DNA of 64,000 bases from Promethearchaeota archaeon (GTDB lineage: Archaea > Asgardarchaeota > Lokiarchaeia > Sigyniarchaeales > SOKP01). The first letter of the stretch is position 1, and the number at the start of each line of letters is the position of its first letter. This document shows, piece after piece, positions 1 through 10,804 of this stretch. Made by a program: the position numbers and the translations under genes. Location of the stretch: the NCBI GenBank assembly GCA_019058445.1, contig JAHPZA010000003.1:292819-356818 (forward strand). The letters are read 5' to 3'. Below the pieces are notes generated by a model that searched no databases, had not been told where the DNA came from, and saw nothing but the letters and a program-made list of their open reading frames with translations.

Positions 1-700
1 CTCCTTTTTTAAAGAATTCAGGAGGGCTCTTAAACAAAAAGCCTTTGTAGCATACATTTTTCTTTACTTTTGCTATATGGTCCTGGTAAGATCTATGACA
101 TCCTCAATCGCCTATTCAGTAAGATATATTTTAAAAATGGAAGCAAATGCAATCTCTTTAATCATGTTAGCTTTTCTCGTAGGTGTATTAATTTCAATTC
201 CAATATGGTATAAACTGGCAAATAGGATAAATAACAACCGTAAAGTAATGATAATATCAGGAACCCTTGTTGGACTTTTTGTATCACCCTTAATTATATT
301 AGAAGATTATACTCTTATTATTATTACTTTGTTCATATGGGGTTTAGCTGAGGGAGGCTTTTGGCTCATGTTATCACCAGTTTTTGCAGATACTATCGAT
401 GAATCAGTAGTAGAAACGGGTGAACGTAGAGAAGGATTATATAATGGATTTTTAGCTTTTTTTGCTCGACTGGCTATAGCAGCTCAAGCAATCAGTTTTG
501 CTGTAACACATACATTAACGGGATTCGTAGAAGGTGCCGATACCCAATCTGATTTGGCAGTATGGGGAATTCACATTCACCTTGCTTTGATCCCTATGAT
601 TTTCATGTTAATAGGGATATTTATCTTTTGGAAATTTTATGATCTCACCCCTAAACGTGTTCAAGAAGTCCAGCTTAAACTAAAGCAATTAAAACTCTAA
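1..700 (+). CDS. GPH/MelB-family (MFS_2) transporter, 5'-truncated by window edge
   Basis: Frame is open from position 2 (SFFKEFRRALKQKAFVAYIF...). C-terminal motifs (DTIDESVVETGERREGLY, VHTLTGF-like) are shared with the downstream paralogs. Confidence 0.9.
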   Translation, partial: SFFKEFRRALKQKAFVAYIFLYFCYMVLVRSMTSSIAYSVRYILKMEANAISLIMLAFLVGVLISIPIWYKLANRINNNRKVMIISGTLVGLFVSPLIILEDYTLIIITLFIWGLAEGGFWLMLSPVFADTIDESVVETGERREGLYNGFLAFFARLAIAAQAISFAVTHTLTGFVEGADTQSDLAVWGIHIHLALIPMIFMLIGIFIFWKFYDLTPKRVQEVQLKLKQLKL

Positions 701-747
701 ATTAATTAATTTTACATTTTTTTCAGATAACGTTTAGTAAAGCAAAA

Positions 748-776
748 TATATAAATTGATTCAACAAATATTGAAA
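748..776 (+). promoter_or_regulatory. TATA box plus conserved downstream motif (TTCAA-N6-TTGAA palindrome)
   Basis: TATATAAA at 748-755, then AACAAATATTGAAA 7 nt later. The same layout occurs at 2273-2301 and, degenerate, at 5105-5133. Confidence 0.55.
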
Positions 777-817
777 AAACGTAATCTATAATATATAAAA
801 CAAATTTGGTAATGTTT

Positions 818-2212
818 ATGGAAAATAAAGACACAGAAATATTACATTCGAAAAAAGAAATGGCTTCATACGGTTTCGGGAAGATAATCATGGAACTTTT
901 AAATATGGCATTTGGAGCATATGTGTTTTTCTATTATGAAAGTGAATTGGGATTAGATGTGTGGTTAATAGCTTTAGGTATCATCATATATGCAATTTGG
1001 AATTCCATCAATGATCCCTTTATCGGTTATTTAGTAGATCGCCCCTTTAAGTTCACGAAAAAATGGGGTAGACGATTTCCATGGGTATTAATTGGAGGAG
1101 TGCCATGGATCTTTTTTTACTTACTTCTTTTCATACCACCGGACGTTAATCCTCAAGAAGGAGCTTGGATCCTCTTTGCTTGGCTTGTAATCATAGCGTG
1201 TTTATATGATTTATTTGGATCACTTTATCTTGTAAATTTTACTTCGATTTTTCCCGATAAATTCCGTACAGAAAGTGAAAGAAGAGATGCAGGTGGAATT
1301 GGCACCCTGGTTGGGACTTTTGGCGTAGTTTTGGGGGCTATTGTACCTCCAATGTTCATAATTTTTGGGAATAGAACATCATATGCATTGCAAGGAGTAG
1401 TAATTATTATTATATGTTTAATAGCTTTAGGATTAACTATTCCAGGGATACGGGAAGATCAATATCGAATTGATTGCTATTTAGAGGTGTGCGAAGAGGG
1501 TTTTGAAAAAGAATCGTTTTTTAAGACACTTAAATACTGTATAAAACAAAAGAATTTCTTGGCCTATATTATCGCATTTGTGTTTTATTCAACTATGACG
1601 ACAATGATGATAGCATCCATTCCATTTCTCGTACGATTCGTATTTAAGATGGAAGCGGGAGCGGTGACTTTAATAATGGTAGGTTTTCTCCTTGGATCAT
1701 TTTGTTCCATTCCTTTATGGATTAAAATTGCTCATAAAACAAATGATGACCGGAAAACAATCATTATAACCGCGTTTTTTATGGCATTCGCTTTAATACC
1801 GATGATCTTTCTTAGAGACTATTATTTGTTCATTATTTCAGTTGCGATATGGGGTATAGGGCTAGGAGGTTTTTGGGCCATGCAAAATCCAGTTTTATCT
1901 AATGCGATTGATGAAAATGTAATTAATACCGGTAAAAGAGAAGAAGGGATATATGGTGGTATTCAAACCTTATTTTCACGTTTGGCAATTGCTATCCAAG
2001 CGATTTGTTTTGCAATTGTGCATACCCTCACTGGGTTTGTAGAAGGAGCTAACACACAATCTGAATTAGCAGTATGGGGTATAATTATTCATATGGCTTT
2101 GCTTCCAATGATTTTCATGTTCATAGGATCTTTCATACTTTTAAAATTCTATAATTTAACACCTGAAAAAGTAGCAATTAATAAAACTAAATTAGCTGAA
2201 ATGGGACTATAA
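818..2212 (+). CDS. GPH/MelB-family MFS transporter
   Basis: About 12 hydrophobic segments and the family motifs WNSINDPFIGYLVDR and WGRRFPW. Start is ATG 818 or 812. Confidence 0.92.
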   Translation: MENKDTEILHSKKEMASYGFGKIIMELLNMAFGAYVFFYYESELGLDVWLIALGIIIYAIWNSINDPFIGYLVDRPFKFTKKWGRRFPWVLIGGVPWIFFYLLLFIPPDVNPQEGAWILFAWLVIIACLYDLFGSLYLVNFTSIFPDKFRTESERRDAGGIGTLVGTFGVVLGAIVPPMFIIFGNRTSYALQGVVIIIICLIALGLTIPGIREDQYRIDCYLEVCEEGFEKESFFKTLKYCIKQKNFLAYIIAFVFYSTMTTMMIASIPFLVRFVFKMEAGAVTLIMVGFLLGSFCSIPLWIKIAHKTNDDRKTIIITAFFMAFALIPMIFLRDYYLFIISVAIWGIGLGGFWAMQNPVLSNAIDENVINTGKREEGIYGGIQTLFSRLAIAIQAICFAIVHTLTGFVEGANTQSELAVWGIIIHMALLPMIFMFIGSFILLKFYNLTPEKVAINKTKLAEMGL

Positions 2213-2272
2213 AGTGATTTTTAGCTCCATTAATTTTCTATTCTTTTTTTCATTATTTTTTTTTAAAAAAAA

Positions 2273-2301
2273 TATATAAATGCTTTTAACAAATATTGAA
2301 A
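2273..2301 (+). promoter_or_regulatory. TATA box plus conserved motif (copy 2)
   Basis: TATATAAA-N7-AACAAATATTGAAA, the same as 748-776. Confidence 0.55.
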
Positions 2302-2342
2302 GAACATACTTTATTAAATTCAAAACCAATTTGGGAATGTTT

Positions 2343-3737
2343 ATGGAAAATAAAGACATGGAAATATTACATTCTAAAAAAGAAATGGCTTCATATGGGT
2401 TCGGTAAGTTTGTAAATGAATTTCTGAATATGGCATTCGGTGCTTTGGTCTTTTTCTATTACGAAACTGAACTGGGTCTTGATGTCTGGTTAACAGCATT
2501 TGGTTATATTATATTTGCTCTCTGGAATGCTTTTAATGATCCAATACTAGGCTATTTAACAGATCGCCCTTTTAAATTTACGAAGAAATGGGGAAGACGC
2601 TTTCCATGGGTTTTTATCGGAGGAGTGCCTTGGATACTTAGCTATATCTTACTTTTTACACCCCCTGATGTTGATCCTAAACAAGGTGCTTGGATCTTGT
2701 TCGCATGGCTCGTATTTTCAACTTGTTTATACGATACCTTTGCTTCTCTGTTTAATGTCTCTTTCTACGGGCTTTTTCCCGATAAATTTCGTGAAGATAA
2801 AGAACGTAGAACTGCTGCTGGAATAAGTACTTTAGTAGGGACTTTTGGCGTAGCTTTAGGGGGAATTTTACCACCGCTGTTTATCGTATTTGGAGACAGA
2901 TCCTCATATGCGTTGCAATCGGGGATTGTTGTTATTACTTGTATAATAGCATTGGCATTAACAATTCCAGGGTGTAGGGAAGATCAATATCGAATTGATT
3001 GCTACTTAGAGAAGTGTGAAGAAGGATTTGACAAGGTGCCGTTTTTTAGTAACGTAAAATCATGCTTGAAACAAAAGAATTTCCTCGCGTATCTCAGTCA
3101 ATGGATCTTTTATCGAGCATTGGTTGTTATGATAATTGGCTCAATACCCTATCTCGTACGATTCGTATTAAAAATGGAAGCAAGCGCTGTGACTTTAATA
3201 ATGATTGGATTCCTTTTAGGCTCATTTTGTTCTATTCCAATATGGACTACAATTGCTCATAAAACCGACAATGATCGCAAAACATTCATTCTAGCAGCAT
3301 TTCTTATGACAGTACTCTTAATTCCATTAATATTCATCGTTGATTATGTCTTAGTCATTATTTTTGTAGCAATCTGGGGATTTAGCCTTGGAGGGTATTG
3401 GCTCATGCAAGATCCTGTATTATCTGAAATTATCGATGAATCTGTCATTTTAACTGGAAGAAGAGAAGAGGGCATCTATAATGGGGTGGTGAACTTCTTC
3501 GGTCGTTTAGCACTTGTTATTCAGGCTGTCTGCTTCGCGATAGTTCATACTTTAACTGGATTTGTAGAAGGCGCTCCCTCACAAACCGCCACAGCACAAT
3601 TGGGAATTCAAATTCATTTCGCCTTACTGCCAATGATTTTTATGTTATTTGCAACCTTAATACTATGGAAATGGTATAACTTAACGCCTGAAAAAGTTGC
3701 TGAGAATAAAACAAAACTAGCTGAAATGGGTTTGTAA
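2343..3737 (+). CDS. GPH/MelB-family MFS transporter
   Basis: Paralog of the 818 gene with a near-identical N-terminus (MENKDMEILHSKKEMASYGFGK), so the start is placed at 2343. Confidence 0.92.
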   Translation: MENKDMEILHSKKEMASYGFGKFVNEFLNMAFGALVFFYYETELGLDVWLTAFGYIIFALWNAFNDPILGYLTDRPFKFTKKWGRRFPWVFIGGVPWILSYILLFTPPDVDPKQGAWILFAWLVFSTCLYDTFASLFNVSFYGLFPDKFREDKERRTAAGISTLVGTFGVALGGILPPLFIVFGDRSSYALQSGIVVITCIIALALTIPGCREDQYRIDCYLEKCEEGFDKVPFFSNVKSCLKQKNFLAYLSQWIFYRALVVMIIGSIPYLVRFVLKMEASAVTLIMIGFLLGSFCSIPIWTTIAHKTDNDRKTFILAAFLMTVLLIPLIFIVDYVLVIIFVAIWGFSLGGYWLMQDPVLSEIIDESVILTGRREEGIYNGVVNFFGRLALVIQAVCFAIVHTLTGFVEGAPSQTATAQLGIQIHFALLPMIFMLFATLILWKWYNLTPEKVAENKTKLAEMGL

Positions 3738-3858
3738 GTTAAATTCAAAATTAAATATCAAATTATTTTTTTCTTTTATCTTTATTTCTGGACAATTATT
3801 AATAATGCTTATGATTAATTAATTCTATAATAGTTCTCAAAAAAAAATTGTTATAGAG

Positions 3859-5058
3859 ATGAACGATTCAAATATTCTTAATCTAATAGAAGCGGAACGT
3901 ATGTATAGCCATGTGTTGGAGATTGAAGGTTCAAGGCATCCTGTTGATGATTTTGAAAAATTAAATGAAGTAGCAGATTATATATCACTGGAATTTGAAA
4001 AGTATGGGTTAAGGGTAAATGAACATAAATTCAATGTTAAGGATTTAGATAACACATTTAGAAATATAGAAGGCAGTATTGGTGATTCGAAGAGTGCTGA
4101 ATTTATACTTGGGGCTCATTATGATACAGTTCCTAATTGTCCGGGAGCAAATGACAATGCGTCTGGAGTTGCTGTTATGCTTGAAACTGCTAGAACTTTA
4201 TCTCAGGTGGAAAGTTTAAGTAATATTCGATTTATAGGATTCAGTCTTGAAGAACCTAGCGCTGTTTTGCGAAATAAATATAGGGAGATCGCCCAGAGAT
4301 ATGGGGTGATGGATGATAACGATCACTATACATCTTATAGAACTCTAAAGCTGATAAAAAAGCACTCAGATCAATTAAGTATTGCACGTGGCTCGATTAA
4401 AACATACCCTGAAGCTTATTATGAAGTTACAGAAAATCTCAAGTCAAGTTTGACACAAGAGGAATATGATTTCTTTAATGAAATCGCCAAAATTTACGAG
4501 GGAATAATGACCAGTTCTTGGGTGGGTAAGACTGCGATAATAGGAAGTAGTAGATGGATTAGAGATGCGTTAAAATCTAATAAAAAAATATCAGGAGTAA
4601 TATCAATAGATTCGGTGGGATATGCTTCTAAGAAAAGATACTCTCAACACTTCCCCAAAGGATTAAAAATGAAGATCTTTAAAACTCATAATGTCAAGGA
4701 AAAGTATTTCATAGGGGACTTTATCTTTGTAATCAGTAATAGTAATTCCAACGAGCTAGCTGAAGTGTTTTGTTCTCAATGTCAAAAAGACTCGATTAAC
4801 CTTCCCTATGCTTGCTTTGAACCTTCAGTTACATTTGAAAAATTCTGTGTAAATTTGCCCTTTTTACTGGGTTCTGATCACGCGCCATTTTGGCGAGAGG
4901 GAATACCTGCCCTGGAATTAACGGATACTGCGAACCTTAGAGACCCATATGCTCATACATCAGCAGATACCATAAATAATCTTGATTTTGATTTCATGAA
5001 GAAAGTCGGAAAAGCGGTTTGTATGACAGCAATAAATAGATGTCAAGAAACTTCTTAA
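3859..5058 (+). CDS. M28-family metallopeptidase
   Basis: Zinc-ligand motifs GAHYD, PGANDNASG, EE, SDHAPF and HT..D. Confidence 0.88.
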   Translation: MNDSNILNLIEAERMYSHVLEIEGSRHPVDDFEKLNEVADYISLEFEKYGLRVNEHKFNVKDLDNTFRNIEGSIGDSKSAEFILGAHYDTVPNCPGANDNASGVAVMLETARTLSQVESLSNIRFIGFSLEEPSAVLRNKYREIAQRYGVMDDNDHYTSYRTLKLIKKHSDQLSIARGSIKTYPEAYYEVTENLKSSLTQEEYDFFNEIAKIYEGIMTSSWVGKTAIIGSSRWIRDALKSNKKISGVISIDSVGYASKKRYSQHFPKGLKMKIFKTHNVKEKYFIGDFIFVISNSNSNELAEVFCSQCQKDSINLPYACFEPSVTFEKFCVNLPFLLGSDHAPFWREGIPALELTDTANLRDPYAHTSADTINNLDFDFMKKVGKAVCMTAINRCQETS

Positions 5059-5178
5059 AATCAAATTTCATATACTATATCTTCTATATTTTTTTAAAGA
5101 TATCTATATAAATTTGATTAACTAATGTTTAAAATACATATCAAATTTTCATATGTAAATTTATGATGGTAATTAATT

Positions 5179-6570
5179 ATGGAAAAAAATAGTGAAGAAA
5201 TTTTACATTCTAAGACAAGTATAGTTTCCTATGGATTCGGAAAATTTGTGTGGGAATTCTTAAACATGGCGTTTGGAGCGTTCGTATATTTTTATTATGA
5301 AAGTGAGTTAGGTTTAGCTTCATGGTTAACTGCTTTTGGATATATTATATTCGCGACTTGGAATGCGGTCAACGATCCTATTCTTGGATATCTTATTGAT
5401 CGTCCCTTTAAATTTACGAAAAAATGGGGGAGACGATTTCCATTTGTGTTTATAGGGGGAGTTCCGTGGATTATTACATATGTGTTGCTTTTTATACCTC
5501 CAGAGGGGGCTGGGATGTGGATTATTTTTGCGTGGCTGGTGATAACCACTTGTTTATACGACACTTTTGCTTCAATTTTCAATGTGAGTTTCTATGCGAT
5601 TTTTCCGGATAAATTTCGTGCTATGGACGAGCGTAGGAGCGCAGCTGGAATCAGCACATTAGTTAGTACTTTTGGTGTGGCGTTAGGGGCAATTATACCT
5701 CCATTATTTATCGTATTTGGTGATAGATCGACATATGCGATGCAATCAGGAGTCGTTCTTATTGTATGTTTGATTGCTTTAGCGTTGGCCATTCCTGGAG
5801 CCCGAGAAGATCAATTCCGCATTGATTGTTATTTAGAGGCTTGTGAAAAAGGAGAAGAAAAGGCATCCTTCATGAAAACTCTAAGAGTATGTTTAAAACA
5901 GAAAAATTTTGTGGCGTTCATTTTTGCGTATATTTTTTATCGTTCATTAGTGATGATGATTGTTGCTTCTCTCCCATACATGGTAAGATTTGTATTTCTA
6001 ATGGAAGCAAGCTCATTGACTCTAATAATGGCAGCGTTTCTCATAGGATCCTTTGTTTCCATCCCTATATGGATTAAATTCGCTCAAAAGACTAATGATA
6101 ACCGGAAAACCTATATGTATGCTGCGTTCCTTATGACGATACTTACTGGAATTCTTTTCTTTGTCCAAGATTATTATTTAGCGGTTCTCGTGATTTTGTT
6201 CTGGGGAATGGGGCTCGGAGGATTTTGGGTTATGATTGATCCCACTCTTAGTGATGTAATTGATGAAGCAGTTATTACTACTGAAAAAAGAGAGGAAGGA
6301 GTTTATATTGGCATTCAGACATTTTTTAGCCGCATGGCAATGATAGTGCAGGCGGTTTGCTTTGCAATTGTCCATATTTTAACAGGATTTGTTGAAGGTG
6401 CAGGACCAGAAGCTCAACCCGAGTCTGCGATATTGGGGATTAGAATGCATTTTGCGTTACTCCCAATGGTTTTTATATTTATAGCAGGTTTGATCCTATG
6501 GAAATTTTATAAATTGACACCTGACCAAGTAGCGATTAATAAAGCAAAATTAGCCGAAATGGGATTATAG
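5179..6570 (+). CDS. GPH/MelB-family MFS transporter
   Basis: Same family motifs as the neighbouring paralogs. Confidence 0.92.
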   Translation: MEKNSEEILHSKTSIVSYGFGKFVWEFLNMAFGAFVYFYYESELGLASWLTAFGYIIFATWNAVNDPILGYLIDRPFKFTKKWGRRFPFVFIGGVPWIITYVLLFIPPEGAGMWIIFAWLVITTCLYDTFASIFNVSFYAIFPDKFRAMDERRSAAGISTLVSTFGVALGAIIPPLFIVFGDRSTYAMQSGVVLIVCLIALALAIPGAREDQFRIDCYLEACEKGEEKASFMKTLRVCLKQKNFVAFIFAYIFYRSLVMMIVASLPYMVRFVFLMEASSLTLIMAAFLIGSFVSIPIWIKFAQKTNDNRKTYMYAAFLMTILTGILFFVQDYYLAVLVILFWGMGLGGFWVMIDPTLSDVIDEAVITTEKREEGVYIGIQTFFSRMAMIVQAVCFAIVHILTGFVEGAGPEAQPESAILGIRMHFALLPMVFIFIAGLILWKFYKLTPDQVAINKAKLAEMGL

Positions 6571-6634
6571 ATATACTATTTATATTTTTTTTCTTTCTTA
6601 TTTTTAATATTTTCTATTCTCAATCTACTTATCC

Positions 6635-8095
6635 CTATAAGTCTTTTATCTTATGAAACCTGTTTCTTTCAATGTATAAATCTATTTTACCTGCAGACTC
6701 CACATCAAATTCCACATTAGTTCTCCCTCCTAGTCCTGATAAGAAATAAAACTTAAATTCATCGAGAGATTCGGGAATTAAAGGAGCACTCATCCCATTA
6801 TTGAAAGGTGTAGGGCCTTCTTCGGGTTCAAGATAAACTACTGCTCCGCGTTTTATTACGGATAATTTATTTATGCCCTTATACGTTTCATAAAATCCCT
6901 GCAATAATGATAATTTCTGCTCTATCTCGATAAATTTAATATCTTTTAAAGGATTCTTCCCTAATAAAAATACCATAGTTAACAGAGGGATTGCAGAAAT
7001 AAGAGAATTTCCACCTCCAGAATTACATGCACATGCTATGCCAAGCTTTTTCTCTGGTATGAATCCAATGAATGATGTTGATACATTCGTTCCCCCCACA
7101 TGAAAAATTGTTGTATGCTCAAAAAAATCCTCAATTATGATCCAACCATAGCCATATCCCACTTTCTCAAATTCCCCTATTGCATCGCGTATTATATCAG
7201 TTTCAATATAGTTTGTATGCATTTTTTGTATCAAATCTTTATTTAATATCGTTGTTCCCTCAAAAGTACCTTGGTTAATATTCATTTTTATGTAATTTAT
7301 CTGTTCGATAGCCGAACTAAGCAATCCCCCCGGAGCAAAAATATATTTATCGAAGGGATGAGACGCAGGCTCGATTTGGATAATATTTCCATTTTCAAAT
7401 TTTGGAAAGTATGCTGTCATGATATCCGAATCTTTTTCAAACTCATCTCTTAAAAAACAGGAACGTTTCATGTTCAGAGGATTTAGTATGTTCTCTCTCA
7501 CATAATCTTCGTATTTCATGTTACTAACTTTTTCAATAACCACACCCAACATTGTATAACTTTCATTTGAATAAGCGAAGCGTTGTCCTGGCTCAGCTGC
7601 AACCTCTTGTTTCGCATCGTTTATGAAAGTTAAATAATCATCCCAGCTACTCAACGGAATATGATATTCATTGTAACCAGCATTACGACCAAGTAAAATT
7701 TCTGCAGTACCAAGATTAGGAATTCCAGATGAATGAGTTAAAAGATGATGAATGGTTATTGGATTTCTTTTCTTACCCAATTTAAAATTGAAATATTTTT
7801 TCACTGGATCATATAAATCTAATTTACCTTGTTCATATAACTGCATTACTGCTAATGCTGTATAAGATTTTGTGCATGAACCAAATCCATATAACGTGTT
7901 GGGTGTAGCAGGGATATTCATTTCTAAATTTCTAGCACCAAATCCTTTAGCATAAAGTATATCTTCTCCTGAAAGAACGGCTAGACTCATTCCAGGTATT
8001 TTAGATTCTTTCATAATGGAAGCAATGGAACTTTCCAAAAGTTCAAGTATGCCTACCGGAATAGTCTTTGGAGTATCGTTTTGACTCATAGACAT
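6635..8095 (-). CDS. Beta-lactamase-family serine hydrolase (S12/Pab87-like peptidase)
   Basis: SCTK (SxxK), LLTHSSG, YSN and HVGG motifs, plus a C-terminal extension. Confidence 0.85.
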   Translation of the reverse strand: MSMSQNDTPKTIPVGILELLESSIASIMKESKIPGMSLAVLSGEDILYAKGFGARNLEMNIPATPNTLYGFGSCTKSYTALAVMQLYEQGKLDLYDPVKKYFNFKLGKKRNPITIHHLLTHSSGIPNLGTAEILLGRNAGYNEYHIPLSSWDDYLTFINDAKQEVAAEPGQRFAYSNESYTMLGVVIEKVSNMKYEDYVRENILNPLNMKRSCFLRDEFEKDSDIMTAYFPKFENGNIIQIEPASHPFDKYIFAPGGLLSSAIEQINYIKMNINQGTFEGTTILNKDLIQKMHTNYIETDIIRDAIGEFEKVGYGYGWIIIEDFFEHTTIFHVGGTNVSTSFIGFIPEKKLGIACACNSGGGNSLISAIPLLTMVFLLGKNPLKDIKFIEIEQKLSLLQGFYETYKGINKLSVIKRGAVVYLEPEEGPTPFNNGMSAPLIPESLDEFKFYFLSGLGGRTNVEFDVESAGKIDLYIERNRFHKIKDL

Positions 8096-8147
8096 ATTAG
8101 GATGTTTATTTATTTAAACCTTTTTAGCTTTGGATATTCATAAGACC

Positions 8148-9191
8148 TTAGAAAGTTTTTACAAATTTAATGATATCTTGTATTTTCTCATTATCCATAA
8201 TTAATGTTGGTAAGTTATAAAGAGAATATAGTAAGTTTTCGTCTACCACGTAATTTTTTACTTGTGCTAAAGCTGATTTTAAATGAGTATAAGATATCCC
8301 CTGATGTTTGGGGGTAAAATTTAATTTAATATCATCTAAAAATTGCATTATATCATCTGAAGAGAATTGAGCATATTCCTCCTGTAAATAAAGACTTATC
8401 AAAATATTCATTCCTATAAGATTCCCGTGGATATAATGATCATGAGTAATTGATTCTAAACAATATGCTAAAAAATGCTCACTCCCCTCCTCAGGACGAG
8501 CATTTCCCCATCCTTCACACAAAAGTACCTCCTTATAAAATCCATCCACTAAGGCTTGTATTCCCTTTTCAGTCACGTCTCTAATTTCATTTCTAGAATC
8601 CACTAAATTATTTGCGATGGATTTAGCTCTATTGAAAACACTCTGGTCAAATTTTTCATCTATTTCATCTTTTGCGATTAACCAATCTCCCAATGCTGAC
8701 GTGATAGATATTGTGTCTGAAACGCCTGCTCTATTTAGAAATTCTGGAGCCTCTCTAATTAAATCAAAATCAATAATGATATCCTTCGGATTACTTTCCC
8801 CGATATACTTCACTTTATTATCGATTCTAACGGCAATTGCAGAACATAAAAAAGCATCTACAGAAATGATTGATGGCATAAGATATAGTTCTAAATTAAA
8901 ATTAAATTCTTCTTTGAATTTCCAAGCTAAGAATTTTGCTGAATCACACGCCGTACCCCCACCCATACCTACAATAGCATAGTCATCCGTAATAAATGGT
9001 TCAAAACTGTTGTAAAACTTTTCTAAGCTATCTAAAGACATATCATAATTAAATTCCAAATATGTAGGCTTGTTGGTAATTCTATTTTCAATAATTTTCC
9101 ATGGCTCCTCCATGGTAATGAGAATATATTTATTTAATGAATCTAAAGTATCAACTGCAAGCCATTTACCAAAATTTGGCTTAATAACCAT
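8148..9191 (-). CDS. Glycerol-1-phosphate dehydrogenase-like protein (iron-containing ADH/DHQ synthase superfamily)
   Basis: GGGTACDSAK, PSIISVD, GSEH and HG motifs. Orthology to EgsA is not established. Confidence 0.7.
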   Translation of the reverse strand: MVIKPNFGKWLAVDTLDSLNKYILITMEEPWKIIENRITNKPTYLEFNYDMSLDSLEKFYNSFEPFITDDYAIVGMGGGTACDSAKFLAWKFKEEFNFNLELYLMPSIISVDAFLCSAIAVRIDNKVKYIGESNPKDIIIDFDLIREAPEFLNRAGVSDTISITSALGDWLIAKDEIDEKFDQSVFNRAKSIANNLVDSRNEIRDVTEKGIQALVDGFYKEVLLCEGWGNARPEEGSEHFLAYCLESITHDHYIHGNLIGMNILISLYLQEEYAQFSSDDIMQFLDDIKLNFTPKHQGISYTHLKSALAQVKNYVVDENLLYSLYNLPTLIMDNEKIQDIIKFVKTF

Positions 9192-9312
9192 AAATAAAAT
9201 AAGAAGAAAATAAAAATAAAAATTAGGAAAAGATTTTTTTTATTCTAAATAAAAAATCTTCTAAAAAACTAGACGAGAATTGATTAGACCTCTCTATTAA
9301 ATTATTCTGTAT

Positions 9313-10716
9313 TTAAATTTTCAATTGTCGTAATTTGATTTTAATTTCCTCTGCCTTTTGTGGAGTTATGTCGTAATATTTCCAAAAAATTATCAAGCCT
9401 ATAGCAACAAATATTCCAGGTATTAATCCTAAGTGAAGTCTTATGCCAATTAAAGCCAATGGTGTTTGTGTATCTGATCCCTCAACAAAACCTGTTAATT
9501 CATGAACCGTTGCAAGTGTTATTGCTTGAAGTACCCTTGCTAAATTAATAAAGAAATTCCGAATCCCTCCATAGGTACTCTCTCTACGTTTTCCACTTAT
9601 ACTTACAGACTCATCGATCACGTCGCTATATACTGGACTTAACATTACCCAGAAACCACCTATAGCTATTCCAAATAGAAAGACAATGATTATTATACCT
9701 ATTAAGCCATAGGTAAAAGTCATTATAATTGCAAAACAAGCCATCAAAAATGCTGAGATTATAAATGTTTTCCGATGATCTTTGGTTTTGTTAGTATAAA
9801 GCAACCAAAATGGAACTGAGACTATTCCGCCTATTAATAGCATTCCTGATATGATAGCCACCATCTCAACCTGTCCTCCTAAATTAAATCTAGCAAAATA
9901 TACAAATGAAGCCAACATTGTCTGAACTAAAGCTTGATATAAAGTATACAGACATAAAAACGCAACGAAATTTTTTTGAGAGAACATATCTTTTAGACTT
10001 TTAAAAAAGGAATCTCTTTCCTCTTCCTTATAATGCATTAGATAATTTTCAACCGTTTTTTTGTCATCTCTTACACCAGGGATCATAAAAATCCAGCATA
10101 CGAATGAAATTGCGACGCAAACCCATGCCATTAATGCGTATGAACTAAAATTCCCATAAACTATTATAAAAGAAGGTAATATAAAAGCTAAAACTGAACC
10201 GATAAAACCCAGATATACTTCGAACATTGCCATCGTTCTACGTTCAGATCTATTTCTAAATTTATCAGGAAGTAAAGATAAATAATTTACAGTCCAAAGA
10301 GATTCAACAACATCAAAAAGGCATGTCGAAAAAACCAGCCAGCTGAAGACAATCCAAGGTGATTCTTGAGCATCTATATTCGGTGGCATGAAGATAAGTA
10401 GAAAACATACAAGCATTGGTATATACCCTAACATAATGAATGGAAATCTTCTTCCCCATTTTTTCGTAAACTTAAAGGGGCGATCTGTCAAATAACCGAT
10501 AAGAGGATCATTAAAGGCATCCCAGATTGCGTAAATTGCTATTCCAAGTCCGACTAATAAAGAATTTAATCCAATTTCAGCCTCGTAAAAGAAAAATATC
10601 AAAAGACTGAGCACTCCTTGGATTAATTCAATAGGAAGACTTGTCACATTGTAAGAAATAAGTTCTTTTTTAGAATGAAGCTTTATGGGATAGTTATTAC
10701 TTTCATTAACGTCCAT
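9313..10716 (-). CDS. GPH/MelB-family MFS transporter
   Basis: DAFNDPLIGYLTDR and WGRRFP motifs. Confidence 0.92.
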   Translation of the reverse strand: MDVNESNNYPIKLHSKKELISYNVTSLPIELIQGVLSLLIFFFYEAEIGLNSLLVGLGIAIYAIWDAFNDPLIGYLTDRPFKFTKKWGRRFPFIMLGYIPMLVCFLLIFMPPNIDAQESPWIVFSWLVFSTCLFDVVESLWTVNYLSLLPDKFRNRSERRTMAMFEVYLGFIGSVLAFILPSFIIVYGNFSSYALMAWVCVAISFVCWIFMIPGVRDDKKTVENYLMHYKEEERDSFFKSLKDMFSQKNFVAFLCLYTLYQALVQTMLASFVYFARFNLGGQVEMVAIISGMLLIGGIVSVPFWLLYTNKTKDHRKTFIISAFLMACFAIIMTFTYGLIGIIIIVFLFGIAIGGFWVMLSPVYSDVIDESVSISGKRRESTYGGIRNFFINLARVLQAITLATVHELTGFVEGSDTQTPLALIGIRLHLGLIPGIFVAIGLIIFWKYYDITPQKAEEIKIKLRQLKI

Positions 10717-10804
10717 TTTCTAATTCTCCTAATTAATTTTAATGATTTTATTATTAGTTTTTAATGTTTATAAATCTATTTTTAACTAATTTCAATTCCT
10801 CAAT

